This document shows, piece by piece, positions 26,092 through 36,341 of a stretch of DNA of 64,000 nt (position 1 is the first letter of the stretch; each line of letters begins with the position of its first letter). The position numbers and the translations under genes are program-made. The DNA is taken from positions 38,081 to 102,080 of the forward strand of contig JAURHM010000003.1 in assembly GCA_030833315.1 (NCBI GenBank), given 5' to 3'. Source of the stretch: Burkholderiales bacterium. GTDB lineage: Bacteria > Pseudomonadota > Gammaproteobacteria > Burkholderiales > SG8-41. The notes below the pieces were generated by a model that worked only from the letters and a program-made list of their open reading frames with translations, was not told the origin of the DNA and made no database searches.

Positions 26092-27904
26092 CCTCGCCCT
26101 CGCGCGCAGCCTCCTGCTGCTGCAGGGCCCACATCTGCGCATAAGCACCGCCGCGGGACAGCAAGTCGGCATGGCGGCCGCGTTCGATGATCCGGCCCTG
26201 CTCCAGAACCAGAATCTCGTCGGCATCCATCACGGTTGACAGGCGGTGGGCAATCACCAGTGTCGTACGCCCCTGCGCGATGGCATTCAACTCGCGCTGA
26301 ATCGCCTGCTCGGTGCGTGAATCGAGCGCCGAGGTAGCTTCATCAAAAATCATGATCCGCGGATTTTTCAGGATGGCGCGTGCAATAGCAACCCGCTGCT
26401 TTTCCCCGCCGGAAAGTTTGAGGCCGCGTTCACCGACCATGGTGTTGTAACCGTCGGGCAGGCTGATAATGAAGTCATGAATGTGCGCCGCCTTCGCGGC
26501 AGCGATGACTTCATCGGCGTTCGCTGCAGGGCGTCCGTACTGGATGTTGTAGTGAATCGTGTCGTTGAACAGCACGGTGTCCTGCGGCACGATGGCTATC
26601 GCACTGCGCAGGCCGGTCTGCTTCAGCTTGCGCAGATCAACGCCGCTGATGCTGACCGCGCCGCCGGTGACATCGTAAAAACGATATAGCAGACGCGCCA
26701 GCGTCGATTTGCCGGCGCCACTGGAACCGACCACCGCCACTTTCGCTGCGGGCGGGATTTCAAATGACATGCCGTGCAGGATCTGCCGCCGCGGGTCATA
26801 GCCGAACTCGACGGATTCAAAGCGCACCGCCGCCGGCCCCTCGGGCAGATCAAGCGCATCCGGCGCGTCATCGACCTCGCGGTGCTGCTCGAGCAGGCCG
26901 AACATGCGCTCCATGTCGACCAGCGCCTGCTTGATCTCGCGATAGGCCATGCCGAGAAAATTCAGCGGGATGTACAACTGGATCAACAGACCGTTAACCA
27001 GCACCAGATCGCCGATGGACAGTTCGCGCGCGACAACACCCTGCGCACACAACACCATCAACGCCGTGGCCGCCACGGCGATGATCGCCGCCTGGCCGAC
27101 GTTAAGCAGGCCAAGGGAAGCCTCATTGCGCACCGCCATCACTTCGTAACGCTGCAGGCTGTCGTCGTAACGGCGCGCCTCGAAATCCTCGTTGTTAAAA
27201 TACTTGACCGTCTCGTAATTGAGCAGGCTGTCGATGGCGCGCGTATTGGCTTTCGAGTCGAGTTCGTTGGCGCGCTTGCGGATCGCGGTACGCCATTCGG
27301 TAATGCCGATTGTGAATGCGATATAGACAATCACCGCTGCAAACGTGACCGCGACAAAACGCCAGTCGAATTTGGCAAACAGCACGGCGGCAACCAGCAC
27401 AAATTCGAGCACCACCGGGATGATCGAAAACAGCATAAAGGACAGCAGCGTCGAGATGCCACGGGTGCCGCGCTCGATATCGCGCGACATGCCGCCAGTC
27501 TGGCGGTCGAGATGGAAGCGCAGCGACAGCGCGTGCAGATGACGGAATACGGCGAGTGCAATGCGCCGCGCTGCGCGCTGGGTCACCGGCATGAACACCA
27601 CATCGCGCAGTTCCGCGAACAGCACAGTCGACATGCGCAGTGCGCCGTAAGCCACCAGCAATGCCAGCGGCAGTACCAGAACCGCCTTTGACGCATCCAG
27701 TCCGTCGACGATGTCCTTCAGCACCAGCGGCACGCCGACGTTGGCAAGTTTCGCTGCGACAAGGAATACCAACGCGATCACCACGCGCCTTTTGTATTCC
27801 CACAGATAGGGCAAGAGCATCGGCACCACGCGCCAGTCGCGGCCGGCGCCAACCGGCGGCTTCGGCGCCTGCGCAGCAAAAGCACGTGCGTGTTCAGCAG
27901 TCAT
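26066..27904 (-). CDS. Atm1/ABCB7-type ABC exporter (fused permease-ATPase)
   Basis: Six-TM domain followed by Walker A GSSGAGKST, signature LSGGEKQR and Walker B IMIFDEATSALD. The N-terminus LLPYLWEYKRRVVIAL is typical of the Atm1/AtmA family. The 3' end overlaps the kinase gene by 26 nt (convergent). Confidence 0.85.
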   Translation of the reverse strand: MTAEHARAFAAQAPKPPVGAGRDWRVVPMLLPYLWEYKRRVVIALVFLVAAKLANVGVPLVLKDIVDGLDASKAVLVLPLALLVAYGALRMSTVLFAELRDVVFMPVTQRAARRIALAVFRHLHALSLRFHLDRQTGGMSRDIERGTRGISTLLSFMLFSIIPVVLEFVLVAAVLFAKFDWRFVAVTFAAVIVYIAFTIGITEWRTAIRKRANELDSKANTRAIDSLLNYETVKYFNNEDFEARRYDDSLQRYEVMAVRNEASLGLLNVGQAAIIAVAATALMVLCAQGVVARELSIGDLVLVNGLLIQLYIPLNFLGMAYREIKQALVDMERMFGLLEQHREVDDAPDALDLPEGPAAVRFESVEFGYDPRRQILHGMSFEIPPAAKVAVVGSSGAGKSTLARLLYRFYDVTGGAVSISGVDLRKLKQTGLRSAIAIVPQDTVLFNDTIHYNIQYGRPAANADEVIAAAKAAHIHDFIISLPDGYNTMVGERGLKLSGGEKQRVAIARAILKNPRIMIFDEATSALDSRTEQAIQRELNAIAQGRTTLVIAHRLSTVMDADEILVLEQGRIIERGRHADLLSRGGAYAQMWALQQQEAAREGEVSPVPETR

Positions 27905-28107
27905 TGTTGCTTCCGGCTAAAAAAATGTTCATATTTTCATTAAATTCAAATGCTTATATAAAATTCAGGAAGGCTGCCGGTCAACAAGCGGCAACGTTGT
28001 AACTAACTGTAACGGTTACTGCTACCGCTTAAAGCCTGCGTTTTAATTATCGCATCCGGCACCGGCATTCCCGCCGCCGGCCGATGAAGATAAATAGGAG
28101 CATCACC

Positions 28108-28854
28108 ATGTTCAGCATCCGACTGTCCCGTCTGCCCATCGTTGCAGCCGTCCTCGCCGCATTGCCCGTTCAGGCCGCGGATTACACCGACACCGCCCGC
28201 GTGGTGTCGTCAACGCCGATCATTGAACGTGTGCGTGAACCGCGCCAGGAATGCAGCACTGAAGCCCCGCCGCCGCGCGCACCGCAGGTCGAGCGCAGTG
28301 TCATGGCGCCGATCATCGGCGGCGTTGCCGGCGCCCTGCTTGGCAGCACCGTGGGTCGCGGCAGCGGACGCGATGCGGCCACCGCAGCCGGCGCTATCGC
28401 CGGCGCTATTGTCGGCGACCGCGTATCGAATCCCGACAGTGACCGTTCCCTTGCCGGTTCGGTAGTCGGGGGCGCCGCCGGCGGCCTGCTCGGTGCACAG
28501 GTGGGTCAGGGCAACGGCCGCACAGCCGCCGCCGCTGCGGGCGCCATTTTCGGCGCTGTCGCCGGCGATCGTGTCGACAACCGTGTCATGGCCGAGGCAC
28601 CCATCCAGCGTTGCCGAACAGTGGAAACCGTCCGCGAAACCACGCGCGGCTACACCGTGGTGTATCACTACAACGGCCGCGATGTCAGCACGACCCTGCC
28701 CTACGATCCGGGCCCCACGGTCCGCGTCGGTGTAAGTGTCATCGGCAGCGACAATGTTGCCGTGGCGCCGGTCTATGCGGTTCCCGCACCCGCAGCGCGC
28801 CATCCGGGCCCGGGACGTTATGCCGTGCCTCCAGGATACGACTACCGCTACTGA
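28108..28854 (+). CDS. Glycine-zipper 2TM domain protein (secreted/envelope)
   Basis: Signal peptide MFSIRLSRLPIVAAVLAALPVQA. Two repeated modules, GGVAGALLGSTVGRGSGRDAATAAGAIAGAIVGDRV and GGAAGGLLGAQVGQGNGRTAAAAAGAIFGAVAGDRV. C-terminal YTVVYHYNGRDVSTTLPYDPG beta-rich tail. Confidence 0.75.
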   Translation: MFSIRLSRLPIVAAVLAALPVQAADYTDTARVVSSTPIIERVREPRQECSTEAPPPRAPQVERSVMAPIIGGVAGALLGSTVGRGSGRDAATAAGAIAGAIVGDRVSNPDSDRSLAGSVVGGAAGGLLGAQVGQGNGRTAAAAAGAIFGAVAGDRVDNRVMAEAPIQRCRTVETVRETTRGYTVVYHYNGRDVSTTLPYDPGPTVRVGVSVIGSDNVAVAPVYAVPAPAARHPGPGRYAVPPGYDYRY

Positions 28855-29658
28855 TCAGTCCGGCAGCCGCTCCAGCTGCGCAATCAGCGGGGCGTGATCG
28901 GAAACACGCGCCCACTGCCGGCCATGATGAACACGGGCCTCGCGCACGCTGAAGCCACGCACGTAAATCCGGTCCAGGCGCAGCAGCGGCAGCACAGCAG
29001 GGAAGCTGCGCGCCGGTGTACCGCCCGCGAGTTCGAACACTTCGTGCATGTTCAGCGGGTGCGCGAGCGCATGAGTTGCACGTTCACGCCAATACCAGTC
29101 GTTGAAATCACCGGCAATAATCAGTGGCGCATCCGCCGGCACCAGCCGTTCGATGCGCTGGCGCAGCCGCTCCAGCTGCCGGCCGCGGCCGCGCGCCGTC
29201 AGCGCGAGATGCACACAGACGCAGTGCAGTGCCTGCGCCCAGCCCGGAACAGCGATTTCACAGTGCAGCAGTCCGCGCCGCTCAAAGCGGTGTGCGGAAA
29301 TATCTTCGTTGTCCCATTTCGTAATCGGGTAGCGTGACAACAGCGCATTGCCGTGATGGCCGGCATCATAGACCGCGTTTTTGCCGTAGGCATGGCTTTG
29401 CCACAGTCTGTCGGCCAGGTATTCATATTGGGACTGGGCCGGCCAGTCATGATGGCGCGCGGCATGACCGGCATGCGCGCCAACCACCTCCTGCAGGAAC
29501 ACCAGATCGGGATTAAGGGCGCGCAATTGCTCACGCAGCCCTTGCAAAGCCGGCCGCCTCGCGAACAACGGCGTAGCCGGAAAACCCTTGTGAATGTTGT
29601 AGGTCGCGACGCTCAACTTCAGCGACGCGGCCGTCATGCCCGGCTCAGGAAATGGCAA
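28855..29658 (-). CDS. Endonuclease/exonuclease/phosphatase (EEP) family protein
   Basis: VATYNIHKG N-terminal motif, LVFLQEV, GDFND and SDHAPL C-terminal motifs. An alternative start at 29637 would remove the 14-nt overlap with nadA. Confidence 0.8.
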   Translation of the reverse strand: MPFPEPGMTAASLKLSVATYNIHKGFPATPLFARRPALQGLREQLRALNPDLVFLQEVVGAHAGHAARHHDWPAQSQYEYLADRLWQSHAYGKNAVYDAGHHGNALLSRYPITKWDNEDISAHRFERRGLLHCEIAVPGWAQALHCVCVHLALTARGRGRQLERLRQRIERLVPADAPLIIAGDFNDWYWRERATHALAHPLNMHEVFELAGGTPARSFPAVLPLLRLDRIYVRGFSVREARVHHGRQWARVSDHAPLIAQLERLPD

Positions 29659-30745
29659 GCATGCGATCCAGTGCGATACGCGCCAGTTCGGCCTCGTAGG
29701 CAGGCACCTTGATCTGGTTCACGACTTTGCCAGCAACCAGATTCTCCAGCGACCAGGCGAGGTGCTGCGGATCAATACGCTGCATCGTCGAGCACATGCA
29801 CACCGTCGGCGCCATGAATTGCACCGATTTGCCCTGGGAGCTGAATTCATCAGCCATGCGGTTGACCAGATTGAGTTCGGTGCCAACCAGCCAGCGCGAA
29901 CCCGGTGCACTCGCGGCGATGGTCTTGATGATGTAATCGGTCGAGCCGACGTAATCCGACAGTTTGCAGACTTCGAAATTACACTCTGGATGGCTGATCA
30001 CCATGCCGCTCGGATGCTGCTGGCGCCAACGCAGGATGTGCTGCGCCTGGAACATCTGGTGCACCGAGCAGTGCCCCTTCCACAGCAGCACCTTGGCCAT
30101 CTTGATCTGTTGCGGGGTCAGACCACCCATCGGCAGGTCGGGATCCCAGACCAGCATTTCCGACAGCGGAATGTCCATCAGATAACCGGTCCAGCGACCC
30201 AGATGCTGATCGGGGAAAAACAGTACTTTTTCGCGACGGCCGAAAGCCCAGCTCAGGATCTGGCGCGCGTTCGACGAGGTGCAAACGATGCCGCCGTGTT
30301 CACCGCAGAAGGCCTTCAGGTCGGCCGCAGAGTTGATGTAGGTGATCGGGGTAATGGTTTCGTCGGGGTTCAGCACTTCCGACAGTTCACGCCAGGCGCG
30401 CTCGACCTTGCTCAGGCTGGCCATGTCCGCCATCGAACAGCCGGCATTGAGGTCGGGCAGAATCACTTTCTGGGTCGGACGCGAAAGAGTGTCCGCAACC
30501 TCGGCCATGAAATGCACGCCGCAGAAGACGATGTATTCGGCTTCGGTTTTCGCCGCCAGCTTCGCGAGCTGCAGCGAATCGCCCGTCAGTTCGGCGTGTT
30601 TGTAAACGTCGGCACGCTGGTAATGATGGCCGAGCAGCACGGCGCGGTCGCCCAGCTTGCGGCGCGCGGCAACAATGCGCTCTTCGCAGGCAGCGTCATC
30701 CAGCGGCTTGAAACCTTCGAACGTAATCGTTTGCGCTTCCATCAT
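29645..30745 (-). CDS. nadA: Quinolinate synthase NadA
   Basis: LLGHHYQRADV, FCGVHFMAE and HPEC motifs. About 366 aa. Confidence 0.9.
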   Translation of the reverse strand: MMEAQTITFEGFKPLDDAACEERIVAARRKLGDRAVLLGHHYQRADVYKHAELTGDSLQLAKLAAKTEAEYIVFCGVHFMAEVADTLSRPTQKVILPDLNAGCSMADMASLSKVERAWRELSEVLNPDETITPITYINSAADLKAFCGEHGGIVCTSSNARQILSWAFGRREKVLFFPDQHLGRWTGYLMDIPLSEMLVWDPDLPMGGLTPQQIKMAKVLLWKGHCSVHQMFQAQHILRWRQQHPSGMVISHPECNFEVCKLSDYVGSTDYIIKTIAASAPGSRWLVGTELNLVNRMADEFSSQGKSVQFMAPTVCMCSTMQRIDPQHLAWSLENLVAGKVVNQIKVPAYEAELARIALDRMLAIS

Positions 30746-30843
30746 CCGGCCCTTTTCCAGATCATCATGCTGCGGGGGAAATTTTGATTATTACCGTATT
30801 TTGACAGAAAAACCGGCCTCGAATTCCCCCTGCCAAATCCGGT

Positions 30844-31296
30844 TTATTCATCACGCACTGCAACACGCAACGGCAACTGGCGTATCGCTTCGGCATTGCT
30901 CCACGAAAACACGCGATCCGCGGCTTCTCGCCAGGGCAACCACTGCCAGGCCAGATGTTCGCGCGGCGCGAGCACCACATCCCGCATAGCAGGAAGGGGC
31001 AGCGCGTAGACATGTTCCGTATTGTGGGTCACCCCCGGCGCATAACGGCTGCGCCAGTGGGGGTAAATCTCGTATAAATTCTGCAACTTCCAATCAACCA
31101 GCACATCCGGGCCGACCACGATGCCGGTTTCTTCCGCCAGTTCACGCCGCGCCGTTTCGGCCAGCGTCTCGCCGGGATCCTGGCTGCCGGTCACCGACTG
31201 CCAGAATCCGGGACGATCCGCGCGTTGGAGCAGCAGCACCTGCAGATCGATGGTGTGCACCAGCACCAGCACGGAAACCGGCTGCTTGTAATTCAT
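30844..31296 (-). CDS. nudB: Dihydroneopterin triphosphate diphosphatase (Nudix) NudB
   Basis: Nudix box GSQDPGETLAETARRELAEETG and the FWQSVTG motif. I prefer the start at 31296 because it forms an ATGA overlap with the upstream barstar stop. Confidence 0.85.
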   Translation of the reverse strand: MNYKQPVSVLVLVHTIDLQVLLLQRADRPGFWQSVTGSQDPGETLAETARRELAEETGIVVGPDVLVDWKLQNLYEIYPHWRSRYAPGVTHNTEHVYALPLPAMRDVVLAPREHLAWQWLPWREAADRVFSWSNAEAIRQLPLRVAVRDE

Positions 31297-31712
31297 GACT
31301 GCGGCCACGCCGGCCAGCCTGCATCTTCGGACGCCAACACGATAAACAAACGTTTGCGGCCACTCCAGTACAGCGCCGTCGCGGCAAGTATCTCTTGCAA
31401 CATGGCCTGGTCATCCGCTGCCGCTGAAGCAAACGCATCCAGTCCGCGCAACAAGACAATTCGGCCGGGCTCTGTGCGCCAGGACAGATCCTGCAACGCA
31501 TCGGCCAGCGCATCCCAATTGCCGCCAAACGTTGCAGGAAAAGCGAATTCGCGCGCAAAGGCCGTGAACAACGCGCGTTTGCCGCGTGCACGCTGCAGAT
31601 CGACGACATGCCAGCACAGGCCGGCATTGCGCACGGCACGGCGCAGCGGCGCGAAATCTGCAGGCGCCTGATACAGCCCGTTGTATTCGGTGGCAGGAAG
31701 GACGGGTTTCAT
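31293..31712 (-). CDS. Barstar-family ribonuclease inhibitor
   Basis: FAFPATFGGNWDALADALQDLSW parallels the barstar LPEYYGENLDALWDCLTG inhibitory helix region. ATGA overlaps with both neighbouring genes. Confidence 0.8.
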   Translation of the reverse strand: MKPVLPATEYNGLYQAPADFAPLRRAVRNAGLCWHVVDLQRARGKRALFTAFAREFAFPATFGGNWDALADALQDLSWRTEPGRIVLLRGLDAFASAAADDQAMLQEILAATALYWSGRKRLFIVLASEDAGWPAWPQS

Positions 31713-32125
31713 TCAGTGATTCGCCGGAAGGAACGGTAATGATCCGCAGTGTAATAAAAGCGGCCGCCGTCACGGCATTGCGGCAGCGACAGCAGACCGG
31801 AAGGCATGTCCGAAGCCTGCTGCCGTTCACAACCGACAACAATGCGGCGCGCCCCGCGGTGATTGATGCCCGGCGTGATCACGGTGTATTCGCGGTAATG
31901 GCCACGTGGTGCCGCAGGCAGCTGCTTTTCGTAATTACCGAAAGTGATGCCGTCGCGCTCGTGTGGATAAGGGCCGCCGCGCCGGATCAGTTGCAGGGTC
32001 TGCTGGGCTTCGGCAGGCAGTTCCTGCAGACCGATGGTCTGCGATGTCAGGTCACCTCGCGCCAGCGCCGGCGACGCGACAAGCAATACCGCCAGCAATA
32101 ACAGCGACTTCAGCGACTTGTGCAT
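31709..32125 (-). CDS. Secreted guanyl-specific ribonuclease (N1/T1/Sa-barnase superfamily)
   Basis: Signal peptide MHKSLKSLLLLAVLLVASPALA. LPAEAQQTLQLIRRGGPYPHERDGITFGN, YREYTV, RGARRIV and ADHY correspond to RNase Sa catalytic Glu/Arg/His contexts. The longer ORF from 32242 would overlap the aspS 3' end. Confidence 0.85.
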   Translation of the reverse strand: MHKSLKSLLLLAVLLVASPALARGDLTSQTIGLQELPAEAQQTLQLIRRGGPYPHERDGITFGNYEKQLPAAPRGHYREYTVITPGINHRGARRIVVGCERQQASDMPSGLLSLPQCRDGGRFYYTADHYRSFRRITE

Positions 32126-32162
32126 GCCCGACGCCGCAGCGGAAGCAAAAAACCGGCGCCGT

Positions 32163-33947
32163 TCAGGCCGCCGGATTGACTGCGCGCAGGCGGATATGCA
32201 ACTCGCGCAGCTGTTTCTCGGTGACAGCACTCGGCGCGTCAACCATCAGATCCTGACCGCGCTGCGTTTTCGGGAAAGCGATCACTTCACGGATCGATTC
32301 GGCACCGGTCATCAGCGTGACCAGACGGTCCAGGCCGAAAGCGATGCCGCCATGCGGCGGCGCGCCGTAGGACAGCGCATCGAGCAGGAAGCCGAACTTG
32401 GCGCGCGCCTCTTCCGGCGAAATACCTAGTGCAGCAAACACCTGCGACTGAACTTCAGCACGATGAATCCGCACCGAACCGCCGCCAATTTCCCAGCCGT
32501 TCAGCGCAACGTCATAAGCTTTGGCCAGCACCTTGCCCGGATCGGTCTGCAACAGACCGACATGATCATCCTTTGGTGCGGTGAAGGGATGGTGAGCAGC
32601 GACCCAGCGCTGCTCTTCTTCGTTGTAATCGAATGCCGGGAAATCAACAACCCAGCACGGACGCCAGCCGGCTTCGGCATGGCCTTTTTCATGGCCCAAC
32701 TTGACGCGTAATGCCCCTAGCGCATCGCACACCACCTTGCGGCGATCAGCGCCGAAGAAAATCAGGTCGCCGTTGCCAGCATCGGTACGCTTGATGATTT
32801 CGGCCAGCACAGTCTCCGGCAGGAACTTGACGATCGGCGATTGCAGGCCCTCTTCACTAAGCCTGGTCACATCGTTGACCTTGATATAGGCCAGACCCTT
32901 GGCACCGTAAATGGCGACAAATGCGGTGAATTCATCGATTTCCTTGCGCGACAGCGCAGCACCGCCGGGCACCCGCAGGGCGGTGACGCAGCCGTCCTTC
33001 AGCGCCAGCGCCTGCTTGAACACCTTGAACTCGACCTGCGCCATCAGATCGCTCAGTTCGGTCAGTTCCAGTTTCACGCGCAGGTCGGGTTTGTCGGAGC
33101 CGTATTTCGACATCGCTTCGGCATAGGTCAGCCGCGGGAAGTCGCCGAGCTCGACATCAAGAACCGACTTGAACAGCATGCGGATCAGTCCTTCCATCAG
33201 GTCCTGGATTTCACGCTCACTGAGGAAAGAGGTTTCAATATCGATCTGGGTGAATTCGGGCTGACGGTCGGCGCGCAGGTCTTCGTCGCGGAAACACTTC
33301 ACGATCTGGTAATAACGGTCGTAGCCGGCCACCATCAGCAGCTGCTTGAACAGCTGCGGCGACTGCGGCAAGGCATAGAACTGGCCGTCGTGCATGCGCG
33401 AAGGCACCAGAAATTCACGCGCGCCTTCAGGCGTGGATTTGTAGAGCATCGGGGTTTCGATATCGATGAAGCCGTTATCGTCGAGATAATTGCGGACCGC
33501 ACGCGCCGCCTGGTGACGCAGGCGCATGTTTTTCTGCATCTGCGGACGGCGCAGGTCGAGGAAGCGGTACTGCAGGCGGACATTCTCCGACAACTGCTCG
33601 TCGTCCATCATGAACGGCGGTGTCTGCGAGGCATTGAGCACTTCCATCCCCGTCGCCAGCACCTCGATTTCACCGCTGACCAGATTGCTGTTTACCGTGC
33701 CGGCGGGCCGCTCGCGCACCTTGCCCTCGATGCGGACCACGAATTCATTGCGCAGGCTGTTGGCAATCTGGAAGGTCTCCGCGCGGTCGGGATCACAAAC
33801 AACCTGCACCAGGCCTTCACGGTCGCGCAGGTCGATGAAAATCACCCCGCCGTGATCGCGGCGACGGTGCACCCAGCCGCAAATCGAAATAGTCTGACCG
33901 AGGTATTTGCGGTCAATCAGGCCGCAGTAATTGGTGCGCATGGACAT
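32163..33947 (-). CDS. aspS: Aspartate--tRNA ligase
   Basis: Class II motifs [26 protein letters not shown] and [10 protein letters not shown]-fold N-terminus [19 protein letters not shown]. Confidence 0.97.
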   Translation of the reverse strand: MSMRTNYCGLIDRKYLGQTISICGWVHRRRDHGGVIFIDLRDREGLVQVVCDPDRAETFQIANSLRNEFVVRIEGKVRERPAGTVNSNLVSGEIEVLATGMEVLNASQTPPFMMDDEQLSENVRLQYRFLDLRRPQMQKNMRLRHQAARAVRNYLDDNGFIDIETPMLYKSTPEGAREFLVPSRMHDGQFYALPQSPQLFKQLLMVAGYDRYYQIVKCFRDEDLRADRQPEFTQIDIETSFLSEREIQDLMEGLIRMLFKSVLDVELGDFPRLTYAEAMSKYGSDKPDLRVKLELTELSDLMAQVEFKVFKQALALKDGCVTALRVPGGAALSRKEIDEFTAFVAIYGAKGLAYIKVNDVTRLSEEGLQSPIVKFLPETVLAEIIKRTDAGNGDLIFFGADRRKVVCDALGALRVKLGHEKGHAEAGWRPCWVVDFPAFDYNEEEQRWVAAHHPFTAPKDDHVGLLQTDPGKVLAKAYDVALNGWEIGGGSVRIHRAEVQSQVFAALGISPEEARAKFGFLLDALSYGAPPHGGIAFGLDRLVTLMTGAESIREVIAFPKTQRGQDLMVDAPSAVTEKQLRELHIRLRAVNPAA

Positions 33948-33967
33948 GGTTTTGTGATTTCAGTGGA

Positions 33968-34591
33968 TTATCTGGATTTCGCCGGGGTGACAGTGGTCGC
34001 AACGACACCCATCGATACGATGTATTTGAAAGCGACGTCAACGGGAATATCAACCTCAATGACATCTTCGCGCCGCACGTAAAAATAAAAGCCGTTCACC
34101 GGACTCGGGGTCGTCGGGATGAATACGGCGACATGGTCCTCCGGCAGAAGGCTGGCGACTTCCGGCGGCACATTGGTCTGGAACGCCAGCGACCACGCCT
34201 GAGGATGCGGGTAGCGCACCAGAAGCACCTTGCGGAAAGCATGGCCGGTACCCGAAAAGAGCGTGTCGCTGACCTGCTTTACGCTGTTGTAGATTGAGCT
34301 GACGACAGGGATGCGCGCGAGAATGCTTTCCCACAGGCGCACCAGGCGCTGTCCAAGCATGTTCGCCGTGATCATGCCGGTGATCAGCACGATTACCACC
34401 GCCAGGATGGCGCCCAGCCCGGGCACGTGCACACCAAGCCAGCTTTCCGTCAGAAATGACTGCGGCAGCAGCCGCAACGTCTGGTCGAGCATGCCGACCA
34501 GCAAATTGAGCACCCACAGCGTGATCACCAGCGGCACCCAGATCAGCAGGCCGGTAATGATGTAACTCTTGATGGAGGATTTTTTGAACAT
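33968..34591 (-). CDS. DUF502 domain membrane protein
   Basis: Two N-terminal TM helices and the conserved RIPVVSSIYNSVKQV / P.TPSPVNGF motifs of DUF502. Confidence 0.75.
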   Translation of the reverse strand: MFKKSSIKSYIITGLLIWVPLVITLWVLNLLVGMLDQTLRLLPQSFLTESWLGVHVPGLGAILAVVIVLITGMITANMLGQRLVRLWESILARIPVVSSIYNSVKQVSDTLFSGTGHAFRKVLLVRYPHPQAWSLAFQTNVPPEVASLLPEDHVAVFIPTTPSPVNGFYFYVRREDVIEVDIPVDVAFKYIVSMGVVATTVTPAKSR

Positions 34592-34689
34592 GAAGGGAAC
34601 TGTCGCGCAATCAGGGACGCTGCGCGGTTGCGGCGAAGATCAGCACGGCGGAGTTTGCTGCCTCCGCCCCTGGCCGCTCATTCGATCAA

Positions 34690-34965
34690 TTAATTGCAGG
34701 CAGGACAGGCGCCGGTGCCGCAGGCAGGCTGTTCTGACTTGGTTTCTTCTTTTTTCACCGACTCGGACGGTTTGCTGCCGCCCTTGTTCTTGAAGTCGGT
34801 CGCATACCAGCCGCTGCCCTTCAACTGGAAACCGGCAGCTGTCACCATTTTGGCAAGACTGGCTTTACTGCATTCCGGGCAGTCCTTCAACGGCGCATCG
34901 CTAATGCGTTGGAGGAATTCTTTCTGGAAACCGCAGGCTTCGCAGCGGTATTCGTAAATTGGCAT
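34690..34965 (-). CDS. FmdB-family zinc-ribbon protein
   Basis: MPIYEYRCEACGF...CPECS (CxxC-x-CxxC zinc ribbon) plus a C-terminal CGTGACPAC cluster. Confidence 0.8.
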   Translation of the reverse strand: MPIYEYRCEACGFQKEFLQRISDAPLKDCPECSKASLAKMVTAAGFQLKGSGWYATDFKNKGGSKPSESVKKEETKSEQPACGTGACPACN

Positions 34966-35154
34966 GGCGCACCCCAAAAAGCTAAAAAAGCATTATACCT
35001 GAGACGGTTACACCGACTTTCCGCGGATATGGGGGTGCTCCAAAGCCCTTTTCAAGCCCCACCCCCGGCCGCGCTTGGCGCAACGCAACACTCGCGGCAC
35101 AATCAGGGGTCACGTAGCCCATTGAAGAAAAAGAATTTTTCCGGAAATTCCGCC

Positions 35155-36327
35155 ATGTCCAGCCAGATTCTCGTGCTCAACGCCGGCTCATCCAGCATCA
35201 AATTTGCCGTTTTCAACACCGGCCAGCCGCTCCAACGCACAGTCTTGGGCATGATCTCGGGTATCGGCTCCACCGCCGCCTTCTCCGCGCGGAACAACCG
35301 CGGTCCTTTGCCGGGTACCCTGCCGCCGGGTGCGCTAAGCCATGAAAATGCCCTGGCTTGGCTGTTTACCTGGCTGGAAGACGGCGGGCACGCGAGTCAG
35401 TTGCTCGGCGCCGGACATCGCGTGGTCCACGGCGGAGAGCATCACGACGCACCCGTCGTCATCGATGAAACCAGCCTCTACGGACTGCAAGCCCTCGCGC
35501 CGCTGGCACCTCTGCACCAGCCCCACAATCTGGCGGCAATCCGGGCGCTGCGCAAACTGCGGCCCGAACTGCCGCAGGTCGCCTGCTTCGACACCGCCTT
35601 CCACCGCAGCCAGCCGGCAATCGCCCAGTCCTTCGCACTGCCCCGCGCCATCACCGAGCAGGGTATGCGCCGTTACGGTTTTCACGGTCTTTCCTACGAG
35701 CACATCGCCGGCGCGCTGCCGGAAGCACTTGGCGCAGGCGCCGACGGCCGGGTCATCGTCGCCCATCTCGGCAACGGCGCCAGCCTGTGCGCGATGCATC
35801 AGCGGCGCAGCATCGCCACCACCATGGGCTTCAGCACGCTGGATGGGCTGGTCATGGGCACGCGCTGCGGCTCGATTGATCCTGGCGTGCTGTTTTACTT
35901 GATGCATGAACGCAAAATGTCCTCCGCAGCCGTCGAAGACCTGCTTTACCGGCAATCCGGACTGCTGGGGGTTTCCGGCATCAGCAACGACATGCGCGCG
36001 CTGCTCGACAGCAGCGATCCGCGTGCAGCGGAAGCCGTGGCGCAATTCGTCTATCGCGCCGCGCTGGAAGCCGGCGCACTGACCGCTGCACTGGAAGGAC
36101 TCGATGCACTGATCTTCACCGGCGGCATCGGTGAACACGCCGTCGCCATTCGCACGCAGATCTGCGCCAAACTCGCTTGGCTGGGCATCGAGATGGATCC
36201 CGCGGCCAATGCCGGCAATGCCCTGCGCATTTCAACCGCTGCCAGCCAGGTGGCCGTCTGCGTGATCCCGACCGATGAGGAGGCGGTGATCGCCAGACAC
36301 ACCGCCCGCTTGCTGCACACAGGCTAG
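35155..36327 (+). CDS. ackA: Acetate/propionate kinase
   Basis: LVLNAGSSSIKFAVF start motif, GHRVVHGG, RYGFHGLSY and IFTGGIGE motifs. The start is set at the ATG giving the canonical N-terminus. Confidence 0.88.
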   Translation: MSSQILVLNAGSSSIKFAVFNTGQPLQRTVLGMISGIGSTAAFSARNNRGPLPGTLPPGALSHENALAWLFTWLEDGGHASQLLGAGHRVVHGGEHHDAPVVIDETSLYGLQALAPLAPLHQPHNLAAIRALRKLRPELPQVACFDTAFHRSQPAIAQSFALPRAITEQGMRRYGFHGLSYEHIAGALPEALGAGADGRVIVAHLGNGASLCAMHQRRSIATTMGFSTLDGLVMGTRCGSIDPGVLFYLMHERKMSSAAVEDLLYRQSGLLGVSGISNDMRALLDSSDPRAAEAVAQFVYRAALEAGALTAALEGLDALIFTGGIGEHAVAIRTQICAKLAWLGIEMDPAANAGNALRISTAASQVAVCVIPTDEEAVIARHTARLLHTG

Positions 36328-36341
36328 AGCACATAAAAAAA

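Noticed and set aside
32841-34082. A 413-aa plus-strand ORF. Similar long antisense ORFs occur at 8947-9846, 9971-11143, 22716-23789, 29636-30787, 49528-50655, 52205-53551, 57920-59107 and 60999-62393.
   Set aside because: All lie exactly opposite strongly supported genes (aspS, LysR, TcuA-like, pbpG, nadA, ribosomal proteins, fusA, rpoC). They have Arg/His/Gln-rich shadow-frame composition and no motifs.
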